From the NCBI GenBank assembly GCA_965248355.1, contig OZ252098.1, forward strand, positions 2,432,001-2,496,000: 64,000 bases of DNA, in the 5' to 3' direction. This document shows positions 18,901 to 29,188 of this stretch, one piece after another (within the stretch, counting starts at the first letter, position 1; each line of letters begins with the position of its first letter). The stretch is from Candidatus Latescibacterota bacterium. GTDB lineage: Bacteria; Latescibacterota; UBA2968; UBA8231. The translations under genes and the position numbers were made by a program. The notes below the pieces were generated by a model. It saw only the letters and a list, made by a program, of their open reading frames with translations, made no database searches and had not been told where the DNA came from.

Positions 18901-19020
18901 TCAGGCCAGCGTCTCGAGCACCTGTCCCAGCCGCGTGAAGGCCATCATCGCGGCGTAGGCGTAGCACAGAACTACGGAGGCGGGCAACGCGAAATCCTGG
19001 AACAGCTTCTTCCGTCGCAT
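18901..19020 (-). CDS. Small (39 aa) putative membrane peptide
   Basis: MRRKKLFQDFALPASVVLCYAYAAMMAFTRLGQVLETLA; AAAGGAG RBS about 6 nt upstream; basic N-terminus and hydrophobic core. Confidence 0.4.
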   Translation of the reverse strand: MRRKKLFQDFALPASVVLCYAYAAMMAFTRLGQVLETLA

Positions 19021-19574
19021 CGTTTGCTCCTTTCGCAACGAAGACATCCGGTCCTGGGCAAGGATCGTGCCAGGGGCCCGCGAAGCCGGCGCTGGGCCTC
19101 GCGAGAAGGGTACGCCGCACACTGGTTGATCCCGGAATCACCGCGCTCTCTGGCCTCTCTGAAGGGTGTTCGCCCTCCCTCACTGGTGCAGTCTCCATGG
19201 GCGTGTCGCTGTTCGGTAGCGAACGGGACTGTCCGCATGGGGACAGTCCTGAGCTGACCGGCCGCCAGCGGCTGGCCCCGGCGGGGATACAGGTGGCCAT
19301 GGCCCCCCTTTTTCCTTGACATTGTAGAGGGGACACTCCTGTACTGAGAAGGCTGTCCAGACGCAGGGCGAGGCCCGCCAGGTCAACGCTGCCAGCTACA
19401 AGGGTGCCAGGTTTCCGGTGGCAGGGCTCGACGGCAGAATGATCGGACGGGGGATACCTCGGGCCGCGTGGCGCAACTGTCAGAGTGAGTCGTCGGCCGT
19501 CGTTCCCTGGTCCCCACGGATCAGGCGGCGCAGGGTTCAGCGAGCATCGATCCTCATTCCTCAGGAGGACCACC

Positions 19575-22058
19575 ATTCATCGATCTGCCGCGGCGCTGGC
19601 CCTCGCTGTCCTCCTTCTCGAGGCGGGGCCAACCGAAGCCGATGAACAGCCCATCCCCTCCAGTGATGCGCAAATGCAGCACTGGATGGCGCACCCCCAG
19701 CGGACCGCTGTCGCGGTGCGCACGGAAACACCGCCTCGCCTGGACGGCGTCGTCGACGACGAGATCTGGAAGCGCGCCCCTCTGAACGAGGGCTTCACGC
19801 AGAGCGATCCGGACGACGGCGAGCCGGCGTCGCTGCGCACGACCTTCCAGGTGGCCTACGACGACGACGCCCTCTACATCGCCGCCGTCTGCTACGACGA
19901 TCCCGACAGCGTCACCGCCGCCCTGGCGAGGCGCGACGAATCGCGCGAGCGCGACTTCCTCGAGATCAACCTCGACCCCCACCACGACCATCAGACGGGC
20001 GTCTGGTTCAACGTCGGCCCCTCGGGCTGGATCGGGGACGGGATCATCTACAACGACGACGACTTCGACGACGGCTGGGACAGTGTAGCCGAGGCCGCCA
20101 CGGCGATGCGGCCGGACGGCTGGAGCGTGGAGCTGAAGATCCCCTACCACGCCCTGCGCTTCGGGGAGAAGGAGACGTGGGGGATCAACGTCTTCCGCAA
20201 GATCAGCCGCCGGGCCGAGTGGGCGGCATGGAGCCACACACCCCGGGGCGTCACCGGATACGCCTCGCGCTTCGGCCACCTCGAGGGGATCGTGGGGATC
20301 GAGCCGCGGCGCAGTCTCGAGATCCTGCCCTTCACCCTGGGCCGCGGCATCCTGCCCGTGGGAAACGGCGGCGGCGAGCACGAGTTGTCCTCCGCCGCCG
20401 GCCTCGACCTGCGCTACGGCCTGTCATCCAACATCTCCCTCAATGCCACCGTCAACCCGGACTTCGGCCAGGTCGAAGGCGACCCGGCGGTGCTCAACCT
20501 GACCGTCTTCGAGACCCGCCACCGCGAGCGCCGGCCCTTCTTCCTGGAGGGCATCCAGATCTTCCAATCCCCCCGCCCGGGCATCACGGGCGTTACCGGG
20601 CAGGCGCGCCTGTTCCACTCGCGGCGCATCGGCCGGCCCCCCTCGCGGTTCCCCCTTCCCCCTGACAGCCGGGAGCTGGAGCGTCCCGACCACACCACGA
20701 TCCTCGGCGCCGTCAAGCTCTCGGGCAAGACCGGGGGACGCACGGCCTTCGGTCTCCTCAACGCCGTCACCGGCCGCGAGGAGGTGCTCGTCGAGCAGGC
20801 CGACACGGTGCGCCGCCACGTCGAGGTCGAGCCGGTCACCAACTACCTGGTCGGCCGCGTGCAGCAGGACCTGCTGACCAACTCCACCGCCGGCGCCGAG
20901 GTCACGGCGGTCAACGGCCGCGGCTTCGACCCGGCCTATGTCGGGGCCGGGGACCTGCACCTCAAGTGGCGGGACAACGCTTACCGGTTCTACACCCGTC
21001 TCGCCGTGAGCCGCGCCAGACAGGGGGAGGATCGCGGCACCGGCTGGGAGGGTCTCATGAACTTCAGGAAGTCGGGAGGTGCCTTCGGCGGCGAGGTCCA
21101 TGTGGACGCGCGGTCCCCCGCCTTCCAGGTCAACGACCTGGGATACATGAAGCCCCGCAACCGCATTCAGACGGGCCTGGGGCTCTATCACCACAAGCTC
21201 CACCCCTACTGGCTGGCCCGCCGTTCCGGGTATGAGCTCGACTTCTGGGTCCGCTGGAACTACGCCCGCGTGCAACTGTTCCGGGGGGTGGCCTTCAACA
21301 CCTGGCACCAGCTGCACAACTACTGGGGTTTCCGGGCCCAGGTGCTCCACAACCTCGAGGGCCTCAACGAGGTGGTCACCCGCGGCGGACCGATCATGGT
21401 CGCACCGTCCGACAACAGGATCAGCCTGAATGTGTGGACCGATGGCCGCAAGCCCGTCAGCGGCCGGTTCGGCTGGAACTTCTTCGAGAGCCGGGGCGGC
21501 GACAACCTGAGATCGGGGGTCTGGGCCGGTCTCGAGTTCAGGCCCATGTCCCAGCTCAGCGTGGAGATCGGGCCGAGCTACAACTACCAGCGCAACTTCG
21601 CCCAGTGGCTGCAGAACAAGGACGAGGACGGCGACGGCGAGGACGACCGCTTCATCTTCGGCGAGCTCGAGAGCCGCGTCCTGGACATCAGCGTGCGCGG
21701 CGACTGGACCTTCACGCCCACCTTGAGCCTGCAGCTCTACGCCCAGCCCTTCGTGACCACCGGCGACTACGGCGACATCAAGGAGCTGGCGCGACCGAGG
21801 TCCTACGAGTTCCTCCCCCATGCCGGCTTCGACGGGAACCCCGACTTCCACTTCCGCTCATTCCATTCCAACCTGGTGCTGCGCTGGGAGTTCCGGCCCG
21901 GCAGCACCCTCTTCGTCGTCTGGCAGCAGAGCCGCGACCGCAGCTTCGGCGACACCCTCGACCCGCGGTTCCAACCCGCCGGCGACCTGGGAAACACCTT
22001 CCTCGACCCGGGGCAGAGCATCTTCCTGGTCAAGGGCAACTGGTGGTTGGGGCTGTGA
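19575..22058 (+). CDS. CBM9-like + DUF5916 outer-membrane protein
   Basis: 'PRLDGVVDDEIW', 'NATVNPDFGQVEGDPAVLNL', 'ERRPFFLEG', 'NLVLRWEFRPGSTLFVVW'. Start uncertain: in-frame ATT after AGGAGG, while the ORF track gives GTG 19485. Confidence 0.88.
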   Translation: MHRSAAALALAVLLLEAGPTEADEQPIPSSDAQMQHWMAHPQRTAVAVRTETPPRLDGVVDDEIWKRAPLNEGFTQSDPDDGEPASLRTTFQVAYDDDALYIAAVCYDDPDSVTAALARRDESRERDFLEINLDPHHDHQTGVWFNVGPSGWIGDGIIYNDDDFDDGWDSVAEAATAMRPDGWSVELKIPYHALRFGEKETWGINVFRKISRRAEWAAWSHTPRGVTGYASRFGHLEGIVGIEPRRSLEILPFTLGRGILPVGNGGGEHELSSAAGLDLRYGLSSNISLNATVNPDFGQVEGDPAVLNLTVFETRHRERRPFFLEGIQIFQSPRPGITGVTGQARLFHSRRIGRPPSRFPLPPDSRELERPDHTTILGAVKLSGKTGGRTAFGLLNAVTGREEVLVEQADTVRRHVEVEPVTNYLVGRVQQDLLTNSTAGAEVTAVNGRGFDPAYVGAGDLHLKWRDNAYRFYTRLAVSRARQGEDRGTGWEGLMNFRKSGGAFGGEVHVDARSPAFQVNDLGYMKPRNRIQTGLGLYHHKLHPYWLARRSGYELDFWVRWNYARVQLFRGVAFNTWHQLHNYWGFRAQVLHNLEGLNEVVTRGGPIMVAPSDNRISLNVWTDGRKPVSGRFGWNFFESRGGDNLRSGVWAGLEFRPMSQLSVEIGPSYNYQRNFAQWLQNKDEDGDGEDDRFIFGELESRVLDISVRGDWTFTPTLSLQLYAQPFVTTGDYGDIKELARPRSYEFLPHAGFDGNPDFHFRSFHSNLVLRWEFRPGSTLFVVWQQSRDRSFGDTLDPRFQPAGDLGNTFLDPGQSIFLVKGNWWLGL

Positions 22059-23497
22059 AGGCTGGGCAACTCGTGAGCCGCGACCTCATCCATCCCCACC
22101 GGCACAAGCAGCTCTTCCTGGACGACGACGCCATCGAGGCCATGTCCGGCCTTCGACGCGTGCTGCACCGCCCCGAGCGCTACGGGCCCGTTCTGCGAAC
22201 GGACCGCTCCCGGGGAGAGAAACACGTGCAGAGCGCCAGCGTGCCCCAGTGGAATTCGGAAAAGTCTCTCTGGGAGTGGTGGTACAGGGGCTACCCCGCC
22301 TACACCGAGGACGGCCTCTGCCTCTACGCCACCTCGACAGACGGCCGCCACTGGGAACAGCCCGACAACATCGCCTACCGGTCGCCGGAGCGCTCCCTGT
22401 ATCACGTCATCCGCGACGAGGGCGACGGGGATCCCCGGCGCCGCTACAAGGCCTTCTTCAGCGACACCGACCACATGAACCGCTGTCCCGGGATGTCGCC
22501 CGACGGTCTTCAGTGGACCTTTCCGGATGGGCCCCCCATCCCCAGTCAGGATACCTCCCAGCTCATCCGCGACGACCTGGGCCAACGCTACCTGGCCACG
22601 GTGAAGCACCGCACCGAGTGGGGCCGCTCGGCCTGGCTGACGACCAGCCCCGACTTCGTCCACTGGACCGACCCGGTGCTCATCCTCCACACCGACGAGA
22701 TCGACCAGGAGAACCGCAGGCGCCGGATCCAGGAGGTCGTCGACGACCCGGCCTATCTCTCTCCTCCGGCCGTCGACGACAGGGAATACATCGCCCAGCT
22801 CTACATGCTGCCGGTCATGACCTACGAGGGTCTGTACATCGGCTTCCCCTTGCTCTTCAATCCCTCCGGCGCCGATCCGGAGCACACCAACCACACCGGC
22901 CTCAACCAGGTGGAACTGGCCGTGTCGAGGGACGCCCATCACTGGCACCGGGTGGCCGACCGCGCCGTCTTCGTCGGGGTGGAACCCTGGGAGGGCGGCG
23001 CCAACTTCGGCAATGCCCAGGTAGCTCTGTGCGGCCCCCCCATCGTGCGCGGGCAGGAGATCTGGATCTACTACAACGCCTATCGTTTTCGCGGACACCG
23101 GAACCTCTTTGCCGGTCTCGATCCCGCCATCTACAACGATGCCTTCTGGGAGGAGAGCGGGGCCATCTGTCTGGCCAGACTGCGACTGGACGGCTTCGTC
23201 TCCCTCGACGCGTCCACGGAGGGTGAGCTCCTCACCGCTTCCTTCCTATGGGGGGGAGAGGAATTGTTGGTGAACGCCGATACCGGCGACGGCGAGATGC
23301 TCGTGGAAATGGTGGACGCGGAGAGCCATGCGCCCTTGCCCGGCCGGTCGGCCGGTGAGTGCCGGCCCCTGCGAGGAAATCACCTGCGCGAAACCGTCAC
23401 GTGGGGGGAAGGGACTGCGGCTGCATCTGCCGAAGTCCCCGTACGCCTGCGCTTCCACCTGCGGAAGGCGCGGCTCTACAGCTTCTGGCTGGAGTGA
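22055..23497 (+). CDS. Five-bladed beta-propeller, glycoside hydrolase-like (GH32/43 clan) hypothetical protein
   Basis: 'KQLFLDD'; Asp-box-like repeats 'STDGRHW', 'SPDGLQW', 'SPDFVHW', 'SRDAHHW'; 'LARLRLDGFVSL'. Confidence 0.7.
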   Translation: MKAGQLVSRDLIHPHRHKQLFLDDDAIEAMSGLRRVLHRPERYGPVLRTDRSRGEKHVQSASVPQWNSEKSLWEWWYRGYPAYTEDGLCLYATSTDGRHWEQPDNIAYRSPERSLYHVIRDEGDGDPRRRYKAFFSDTDHMNRCPGMSPDGLQWTFPDGPPIPSQDTSQLIRDDLGQRYLATVKHRTEWGRSAWLTTSPDFVHWTDPVLILHTDEIDQENRRRRIQEVVDDPAYLSPPAVDDREYIAQLYMLPVMTYEGLYIGFPLLFNPSGADPEHTNHTGLNQVELAVSRDAHHWHRVADRAVFVGVEPWEGGANFGNAQVALCGPPIVRGQEIWIYYNAYRFRGHRNLFAGLDPAIYNDAFWEESGAICLARLRLDGFVSLDASTEGELLTASFLWGGEELLVNADTGDGEMLVEMVDAESHAPLPGRSAGECRPLRGNHLRETVTWGEGTAAASAEVPVRLRFHLRKARLYSFWLE

Positions 23498-23501
23498 GGG
23501 A

Positions 23502-24035
23502 TCAGGCCGGGCGCTCCAGCAGGTGGGGACAGTGCCGCCGGACGAGATCCAGACGCTCGCCCAGCTCGGCCAGCCACAGGGTGCGGGCGCTGGCGAGCTG
23601 GGCGATGTCCAGGTTATGCGCCTTCTGCAGGAGGGTGCTGCTCAGATCGGCGCCGGACAGATCCGCTTCGTCGAGGTCGGCGCCTACCAATAGAGCGCTG
23701 CGCAGGTCCACGCCCCCCAGATCAGCCCCCCGCAGATCCGCCCGGCTGAGATTCGTGCCGCGGCCATCGGCGCCATGCAGATCGGCCTGCCCCAGGACGG
23801 CCTCCGTCAGGTTGGCGCTGCTGATGTCGGCCTGCCGCAGATTCGCCTCGGTGAAGTCGGCGCTGTCGAGGATGGCCACCGAGAGAACGGCGCCCGACAG
23901 GTCCATGCCGGTGCAGTCGAGGCCTTTGAGGTTGGCGGAGTACAGGTCGGGCCGCACCCCGGGCTTCTCTCGCCGCCACTGGTTCCAGACTTCCGTCCCC
24001 TCTTTGATGAGGGACACGTGCTCTTCCCGTGCCAC
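23502..24035 (-). CDS. Pentapeptide repeat protein
   Basis: 'WNQWRREKPGVRPDL' followed by A(D/N)Lxx repeats. Confidence 0.9.
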   Translation of the reverse strand: MAREEHVSLIKEGTEVWNQWRREKPGVRPDLYSANLKGLDCTGMDLSGAVLSVAILDSADFTEANLRQADISSANLTEAVLGQADLHGADGRGTNLSRADLRGADLGGVDLRSALLVGADLDEADLSGADLSSTLLQKAHNLDIAQLASARTLWLAELGERLDLVRRHCPHLLERPA

Positions 24036-24117
24036 GCGTCGTTGCTCCTTGTGCTACTCAACACCCTCTGGCGGACGGGTCCAATACAATCCCGGAGATC
24101 GCCGAGGCCATTGAGCA

Positions 24118-24456
24118 TCAAGGGCCGATGATCTCATTCAACCCTTCGATTGTCCGTCCCAACTCTTCGGGAGATGCAGACCCCAGTCTTCGACCAATTC
24201 GGTCTATGGACAAGGTGCGGACCTGCCCGACCTTGACCCACGATTGCCTGGGCAGATCTTCAGAAGCAAGAGGCAGAGTCAGTGGGAAACCTGCTCGTTG
24301 CCGTTGGCTCGTAATCGCCATGGCGATTACCGTACCCGAGCGCTGGTTGAATACCTCCTGACTCAGGACGAGAACCGGACGATGCCCGGCCTGTTCCTGG
24401 CCCCGGGTCGGATTCAGGTCCGCCCAGCGGATGTCTCCTCTCAGTATTCGGGCCAA
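24118..24456 (-). CDS. MazF/PemK family toxin (apparently intact)
   Basis: 'RGDIRWADLNPTRGQEQAGHRPVLVLSQEVFN', 'QVRTLS'; overlaps the antitoxin stop. Confidence 0.9.
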   Translation of the reverse strand: MARILRGDIRWADLNPTRGQEQAGHRPVLVLSQEVFNQRSGTVIAMAITSQRQRAGFPLTLPLASEDLPRQSWVKVGQVRTLSIDRIGRRLGSASPEELGRTIEGLNEIIGP

Positions 24457-24683
24457 GTCTTCACGTCCTCCGCGAGCCCTTCCTCGGCCGATTCCTGTTC
24501 GACCACGGGGTCCAATTTCGCACATTCGCGGGCCAGACGGCCGCGACTGAGCCGTTCCAGCTTTTCGGCTACGGCTTCCTGAATCATCTGACTCCGGTTC
24601 TTGAATGCGCGCTGATTGACCAGGTAGTCCAGGTGCCTGACGATGTTCTCGTCCAGTGTGATCGCGACTTTTGCTTTCCCCAT
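24441..24683 (-). CDS. Ribbon-helix-helix (CopG/MazE-type) antitoxin
   Basis: 'KVAITLDE...LDYLV...NRSQMIQEAV'; upstream of the MazF toxin. Confidence 0.85.
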   Translation of the reverse strand: MGKAKVAITLDENIVRHLDYLVNQRAFKNRSQMIQEAVAEKLERLSRGRLARECAKLDPVVEQESAEEGLAEDVKTWPEY

Positions 24684-24707
24684 ATGTCCATGTCCTCCGG
24701 ATATGGC

Positions 24708-24735
24708 AATTTATCATACCACGGGCAGTAGTCAA
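24708..24735 (-). promoter_or_regulatory. sigma70-type promoter of the RHH-MazF module
   Basis: TTGACT-N16-TAAATT with an extended -10 TG. Confidence 0.55.
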
Positions 24736-24771
24736 GCGCCGTCGGGAAACGCCGGGATTTCCACCAGCGGC

Positions 24772-26205
24772 TCAAGTGATCTCGGACCGCAGGAAGGCGA
24801 CGTTGGCCGCCATGAAGGCCAGCAGCGCGAACAGGGCCAGCAGCGCGAGATCGGTCGAGGTGTCGGCCAGCACCGAGCCGGTGGAGAGCCGCTCGCGGAA
24901 GAGGGGGATCACCTCGAAGGGCACGGGCAGTTGCGACAGGCCCGGGGCCAGCCCGAAGAGGTGATGGCTGTCCGGGTCGGCCTGGTCGCGTTCCTCGGTG
25001 AAGCGGCGGAAGTCCAGGGCGTAGCGGCGGCCGTCCTCGATGAAGCGCAGGTGCCGGGGCAGGCCCGTGCCCGCCAGGGATTCCAGGGCGTACTGGAGGA
25101 TGCCGTAGGGGCTGAGACGGTTGACCAGGGCCCCCGCCTCGACCGGCCGCAGCTGCCGGCGCAGCTTCTCCTCGTGGAAATCGCGGTCCAGGCGGAAGCG
25201 CGCCCTCAGGAAGTCGCTCAGCTCCCGCAGGAGCGCGGCGGGAGGACGCTCGCCAGGCCCGACGGAGCCGCCCTTGCGGTGGATCTGGTGCTCCTCCGCC
25301 AGCGCCTGCACCTGCGATTGGTGGCGCCGCCCGTCCATCTGCGGCTCCTGGAAGTAGCTCACCGCGCCCGAGACCGTGTTCGGCAGCAGCACCAGCAGCA
25401 CCGTCCACGCGAGCAGCAGCACCACCAGGGCCGAGGAGGCCCGCTCGCTCAGGCAGGAGACGAGCAGGCCGAGGCCGACGAAGCAGGCCAGGTAGAGCAG
25501 GCAGGCGAGGTAGACTGGTGCCAGGCGCAGGAAGAGATCCGAGCCCAGCGGGACGGGGCCGGACAGACCGAGGATGAGCAGGTTCAGGAGAATCCCGAGG
25601 GTGAGAGCGACGGCGAGGACGATCCAGGCGGCGGTGAACTTGCCCAGCAGCAGGCCGAAACGCGGCACCGGCCCCGAGAGGGCGAGCTTGAGGGTGCCCG
25701 TCTCGCGCTCGCCGCAGACGCCGTCGTAGGTGAGCAGCAGGGCCATGAGGCTGAGGCAGAAGCCGACGATGAACACCCAGTCGACCTCGACGAAGTCGGG
25801 GACGATGCCCGCGGTGGGACGCAGCACCGGATCCTGGTATTGGAGGACCCACGGCATATGGATGCTGAAGCCCGAAGCCCAGGTGTACGAGCCGGTTTGG
25901 GTCGCCCAGATCGTTTTGGGCAGAAAGTCCTCGCGTCCGAAAGCGATGAAGGAGAAGGGGCTCGGCCGCTTGAGCAGCCAGCTTGGCCCCCGGACCGCCA
26001 GCTCGCCGAGGTTCCAACCCTCGAGCCCTCCCTCGTGGATGTGCAGCCTCTCCTGGTACCGCTCAATAGCCCGCTCATGCCCGGAGCCGCCGCTGAAGAC
26101 GACGCCGTTCACCGCCATGAGGGCCGTGGTGATCAGCAGGGTCAGGGCGAAGCGCAGACTGGTGAGGTGATCGGCCAGCTCCCGCCGCAGGATCGCCGCG
26201 ATCAC
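24772..26205 (-). CDS. ABC-2 type transporter permease (type B)
   Basis: 'ILRRELADHLTSLRF', 'LLTYDGVCGERETGTLKL', several TM segments. Confidence 0.88.
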   Translation of the reverse strand: MIAAILRRELADHLTSLRFALTLLITTALMAVNGVVFSGGSGHERAIERYQERLHIHEGGLEGWNLGELAVRGPSWLLKRPSPFSFIAFGREDFLPKTIWATQTGSYTWASGFSIHMPWVLQYQDPVLRPTAGIVPDFVEVDWVFIVGFCLSLMALLLTYDGVCGERETGTLKLALSGPVPRFGLLLGKFTAAWIVLAVALTLGILLNLLILGLSGPVPLGSDLFLRLAPVYLACLLYLACFVGLGLLVSCLSERASSALVVLLLAWTVLLVLLPNTVSGAVSYFQEPQMDGRRHQSQVQALAEEHQIHRKGGSVGPGERPPAALLRELSDFLRARFRLDRDFHEEKLRRQLRPVEAGALVNRLSPYGILQYALESLAGTGLPRHLRFIEDGRRYALDFRRFTEERDQADPDSHHLFGLAPGLSQLPVPFEVIPLFRERLSTGSVLADTSTDLALLALFALLAFMAANVAFLRSEIT

Positions 26206-26253
26206 GGCCGCCCCTCCGAGCCCCGGATCCCCAGGTTGTTCATCGATCCCTCC

Positions 26254-27732
26254 TCAGGCCGTCAGGTCGTAGCGCCGGAACCGCCAGTACGCGGCCAGGA
26301 AGCTTGCAGCGGCGAAGCCGGCCAGCACCAGCAGCGGCGCCGAGGCGCGGGCGAGGCTCTCGCCGATGGAATCGCCGGACTCGCGGTAGCGGGGCAAGTG
26401 CTCGAGAGTGGCCTTCGTCGACATGTCGAACCACTCGCGGGATCCGAACCAGCCCTGCTGCTCGTAGAAGGCGATCAGCTGGCCCCGGTAGCTCCGCGCC
26501 GACTCCAGGAAGCGCCAGTAGTCGCCGCGGTCGGTGCGAGCCACGGCCGCCGTGGCCCGGCCGAGGGCGCCCGCGGGGGAGAGCAGGGACAGCCCCGAGG
26601 CCACGGCGTGGAGGCCCTTCATCCCGGTCTCCAGCGGCTCCCATGCTTCCCGCCACACCCGCTCCGCGTAGGCAATCCGCTGCTGCTCCACCTCGGCGAA
26701 GAACGGGCCCAGCGCCCTCACTTTGCGCTCCACATCGGCGTCCTCCGAGTCCTGGGAGAAATCGCCTACGATGTAGCCGTCAGGTCTCCACCGGTTTCTC
26801 GACGAGAACGGCACTCCAAAATCCCCGACCCGGACCTCGTCCTGGCGCTGTTCCATCCACCTGCCGAAGCTCCTGTCGAGTTGATGCTCCAGCCCCCAGG
26901 CCGACCCCGCCGAGAGGCGCGTGCGGGCATAGGCGTCGACGGCGAAGCCGACCACGTTGGGATAGACGGCCACCGCCAGAAGCCACCCGAAGACCGCCAG
27001 GACCAGGGCCGTGGCCGGGCGCCGAGCCCAGGTCGACAGCAGCAGACCGACCGCGTACATGGCCGCCACGTAGAGGCCGGAGGCGGCGAACATGAGGGCC
27101 ACCCGACCGATCTCGCCGGCCCCGAGATGGAGCGCGGGCGAGCTCTGCACGAAGAGCAGGGCCACCACGTAGGTGACGGCCAGCAGCGCCGCGAGCAGCC
27201 CCAGGTGGCCGGCCGCCTTGCCGACCAGGACCTGGTCCCGGGCCACCGGATTGGCCAGCATGAGCCGCAGGGTCCCGCTCGCGCGCTCGCCGCAGACCGC
27301 GTCGTGGGCGAAGAGCAGGGCCAGCAGCCCGAGGATGATCTGCACGATCAGGGAGACGTCGACGCTGCGGAAAAGGGCCATCAAGGGGTTGGAGAGGCCC
27401 ACCCACCTCGAATAGACCGGCACCTCGTGGTGAGTGACCGTGACCTCGTTGCCCTGCCAGCGGTCGGAACCGACGCTGAACACGGCCAGCTGCCGGGGCT
27501 CACGGAAGGCCTTCAGATCGTAGACCAGGCGCGCGTACGGGCCCTCCTGCTCCAGCACCTCGGTCTCGTAGTCCCGGACCTGCTGCAGCCAGGCCTGCCG
27601 GCGCGACTCGTAGTCCTCGATCATGGCCAGGGTGCCGGCGGCCACGGCGACCACGCACAGGATCAGGCCCACGGCGAAGCGCACGGTCAGCAGGGCCTGG
27701 TAGAACTCCTTGCGGGCGATGACGGAGATCAC
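26254..27732 (-). CDS. ABC-2 type transporter permease (type A)
   Basis: 'IARKEFYQALLTVRF', 'FAHDAVCGERASGTLRLMLANPV'. Confidence 0.88.
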   Translation of the reverse strand: MISVIARKEFYQALLTVRFAVGLILCVVAVAAGTLAMIEDYESRRQAWLQQVRDYETEVLEQEGPYARLVYDLKAFREPRQLAVFSVGSDRWQGNEVTVTHHEVPVYSRWVGLSNPLMALFRSVDVSLIVQIILGLLALLFAHDAVCGERASGTLRLMLANPVARDQVLVGKAAGHLGLLAALLAVTYVVALLFVQSSPALHLGAGEIGRVALMFAASGLYVAAMYAVGLLLSTWARRPATALVLAVFGWLLAVAVYPNVVGFAVDAYARTRLSAGSAWGLEHQLDRSFGRWMEQRQDEVRVGDFGVPFSSRNRWRPDGYIVGDFSQDSEDADVERKVRALGPFFAEVEQQRIAYAERVWREAWEPLETGMKGLHAVASGLSLLSPAGALGRATAAVARTDRGDYWRFLESARSYRGQLIAFYEQQGWFGSREWFDMSTKATLEHLPRYRESGDSIGESLARASAPLLVLAGFAAASFLAAYWRFRRYDLTA

Positions 27733-28043
27733 TGGGACCTGACTGCGGAATGCTCCGACCTGGCACCCTGATGGACGTCCCTGAGCCGACTCTTCAGGTC
27801 GCGGTACACCCGACGTGTCGCCGCAGGACTATCCGCGTTCACCATCACTACTGATCTTTGGGACCGGACGATGAGGAACGGCGGCGTGTCCAGATCAGCG
27901 AAGACCTGACACTCGTCAACCGCTGCCACAGCAAACGCGCCGAGAACCGGCATCGTGAGCACAGCGATCTGGCCACGGGTAAAGGACCCTCGAGAGGAGC
28001 GTCGACGACGTTTGCGAGTTTCGGGACGTTCCGCTTGAGACAT
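27729..28043 (-). CDS. Hypothetical protein
   Basis: ATG after CAGGAG; stop overlaps the permease start; basic N-terminus plus a hydrophobic stretch. No family recognised. Confidence 0.4.
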   Translation of the reverse strand: MSQAERPETRKRRRRSSRGSFTRGQIAVLTMPVLGAFAVAAVDECQVFADLDTPPFLIVRSQRSVVMVNADSPAATRRVYRDLKSRLRDVHQGARSEHSAVRSQ

Positions 28044-28096
28044 GTTCTCCTGTCCGTTAGAGCCGGCTATAGTGGGTCTCGGTACGCACCTGCACG

Positions 28097-28897
28097 TCAG
28101 GCTCGCCGACGCTCTCCGTTCTTCTTGAGCACCATCTGCCGGAAGCCCCACTCTATCTGAGTGCTTCCTCCTCCCCCGGAGACAATTGCTGCAAGTTCAC
28201 CTTCCAGCGCCCGGATTTCCTGTTCCCCATAGTTGGATTGAATGAAGGGCTGGTTCTTCCAAGACTGGATGTTCATGGTGAACATGGTCGCTGCCTGAAG
28301 GTTGGACACGCCTACCCGTGCGACGCTACTCGTGACCTTCTCCAGGCCGTCGGAGATCTCCATCTGTTCCAGCTCAGGTCCGACACAGAGTTGGGTAGAT
28401 TGGTCGGCCAGGAGAGCCTCCACGATGCCGAGATACCTGGAGAAGACCTGGTGACTGGTTTCAATCCACTCGACCTCTTCCAGCAGCAGGAGCCCGCTGG
28501 GTACCATCTGGCTGGCCCAATTCCGGATCACTTCGCCCGGCTCTCTCAAATGCGTCAGCAAGAGCCGGCAGAACAGGACATCCGCAGGCCCGACGGGAAA
28601 TGGAACCCCAGTCACATCGTGCAGTTGAAACGATATCCTGTCGGTCTCTCCCTCTTTGGCAAGGGAGATGAACCGGTCCGAACTGTCAAGGCCGACGACC
28701 TTGCCTGCCTGCGTCGCTTCTGCGAGCATGTGTGTCGAGTATCCGGGACCGCATCCCAGATCCAATGCCAGTTGAGGACGGTTTCTGACAGATCTCAGGA
28801 TGAATTCTCGGGACGAGGCTGCGTATACTTCGGCCAGGTACTCAAGGCGCTCAGCAGCAAGATTCGTGTCCGTGAATTGGTATTCCGGTGTGCTCAA
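28097..28897 (-). CDS. Class I SAM-dependent methyltransferase
   Basis: 'ALDLGCGPGYST', 'VVGLDSS'. Confidence 0.85.
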   Translation of the reverse strand: MSTPEYQFTDTNLAAERLEYLAEVYAASSREFILRSVRNRPQLALDLGCGPGYSTHMLAEATQAGKVVGLDSSDRFISLAKEGETDRISFQLHDVTGVPFPVGPADVLFCRLLLTHLREPGEVIRNWASQMVPSGLLLLEEVEWIETSHQVFSRYLGIVEALLADQSTQLCVGPELEQMEISDGLEKVTSSVARVGVSNLQAATMFTMNIQSWKNQPFIQSNYGEQEIRALEGELAAIVSGGGGSTQIEWGFRQMVLKKNGERRRA

Positions 28898-28909
28898 CCT
28901 TCGCCCTTG

Positions 28910-29188
28910 TCAGGTTAGCTCGATGCGGAGCTTTTTGCCCAGAGCCCGCACAGCGCGGTCCATTGTCTGCAGCGTTACGGAGGGATTGGACGAGTCAAGC
29001 AGACGGTCCAGCGCTGACCGACTGGTTTCCATGCGCCTGGCCATGGCCGATTTGGACAGCTTGTTTTCCTCCATGAACTGACTCAACTGATATGCAATAA
29101 CGCGCTTCACAGCCGTCGCCTCTGCTTCACTGAGAAGGCCCTCGTCCGTGAGGAACTCATCAAGACTGCTGCCGAGGTGTCCTTTCAT
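28910..29188 (-). CDS. XRE/HTH antitoxin
   Basis: 'HLGSSLDEFL...AVKRVIAYQL...SKSAMARRMETSRSALDRLLD'. Confidence 0.85.
   Translation of the reverse strand: MKGHLGSSLDEFLTDEGLLSEAEATAVKRVIAYQLSQFMEENKLSKSAMARRMETSRSALDRLLDSSNPSVTLQTMDRAVRALGKKLRIELT

Noticed and set aside
24643..27771. 1042-aa plus-strand ORF and similar antisense ORFs (738-2990, 12117-14150, 38766-40037)
   Set aside because: These are shadow frames of well-supported genes on the opposite strand, with no recognisable motifs.
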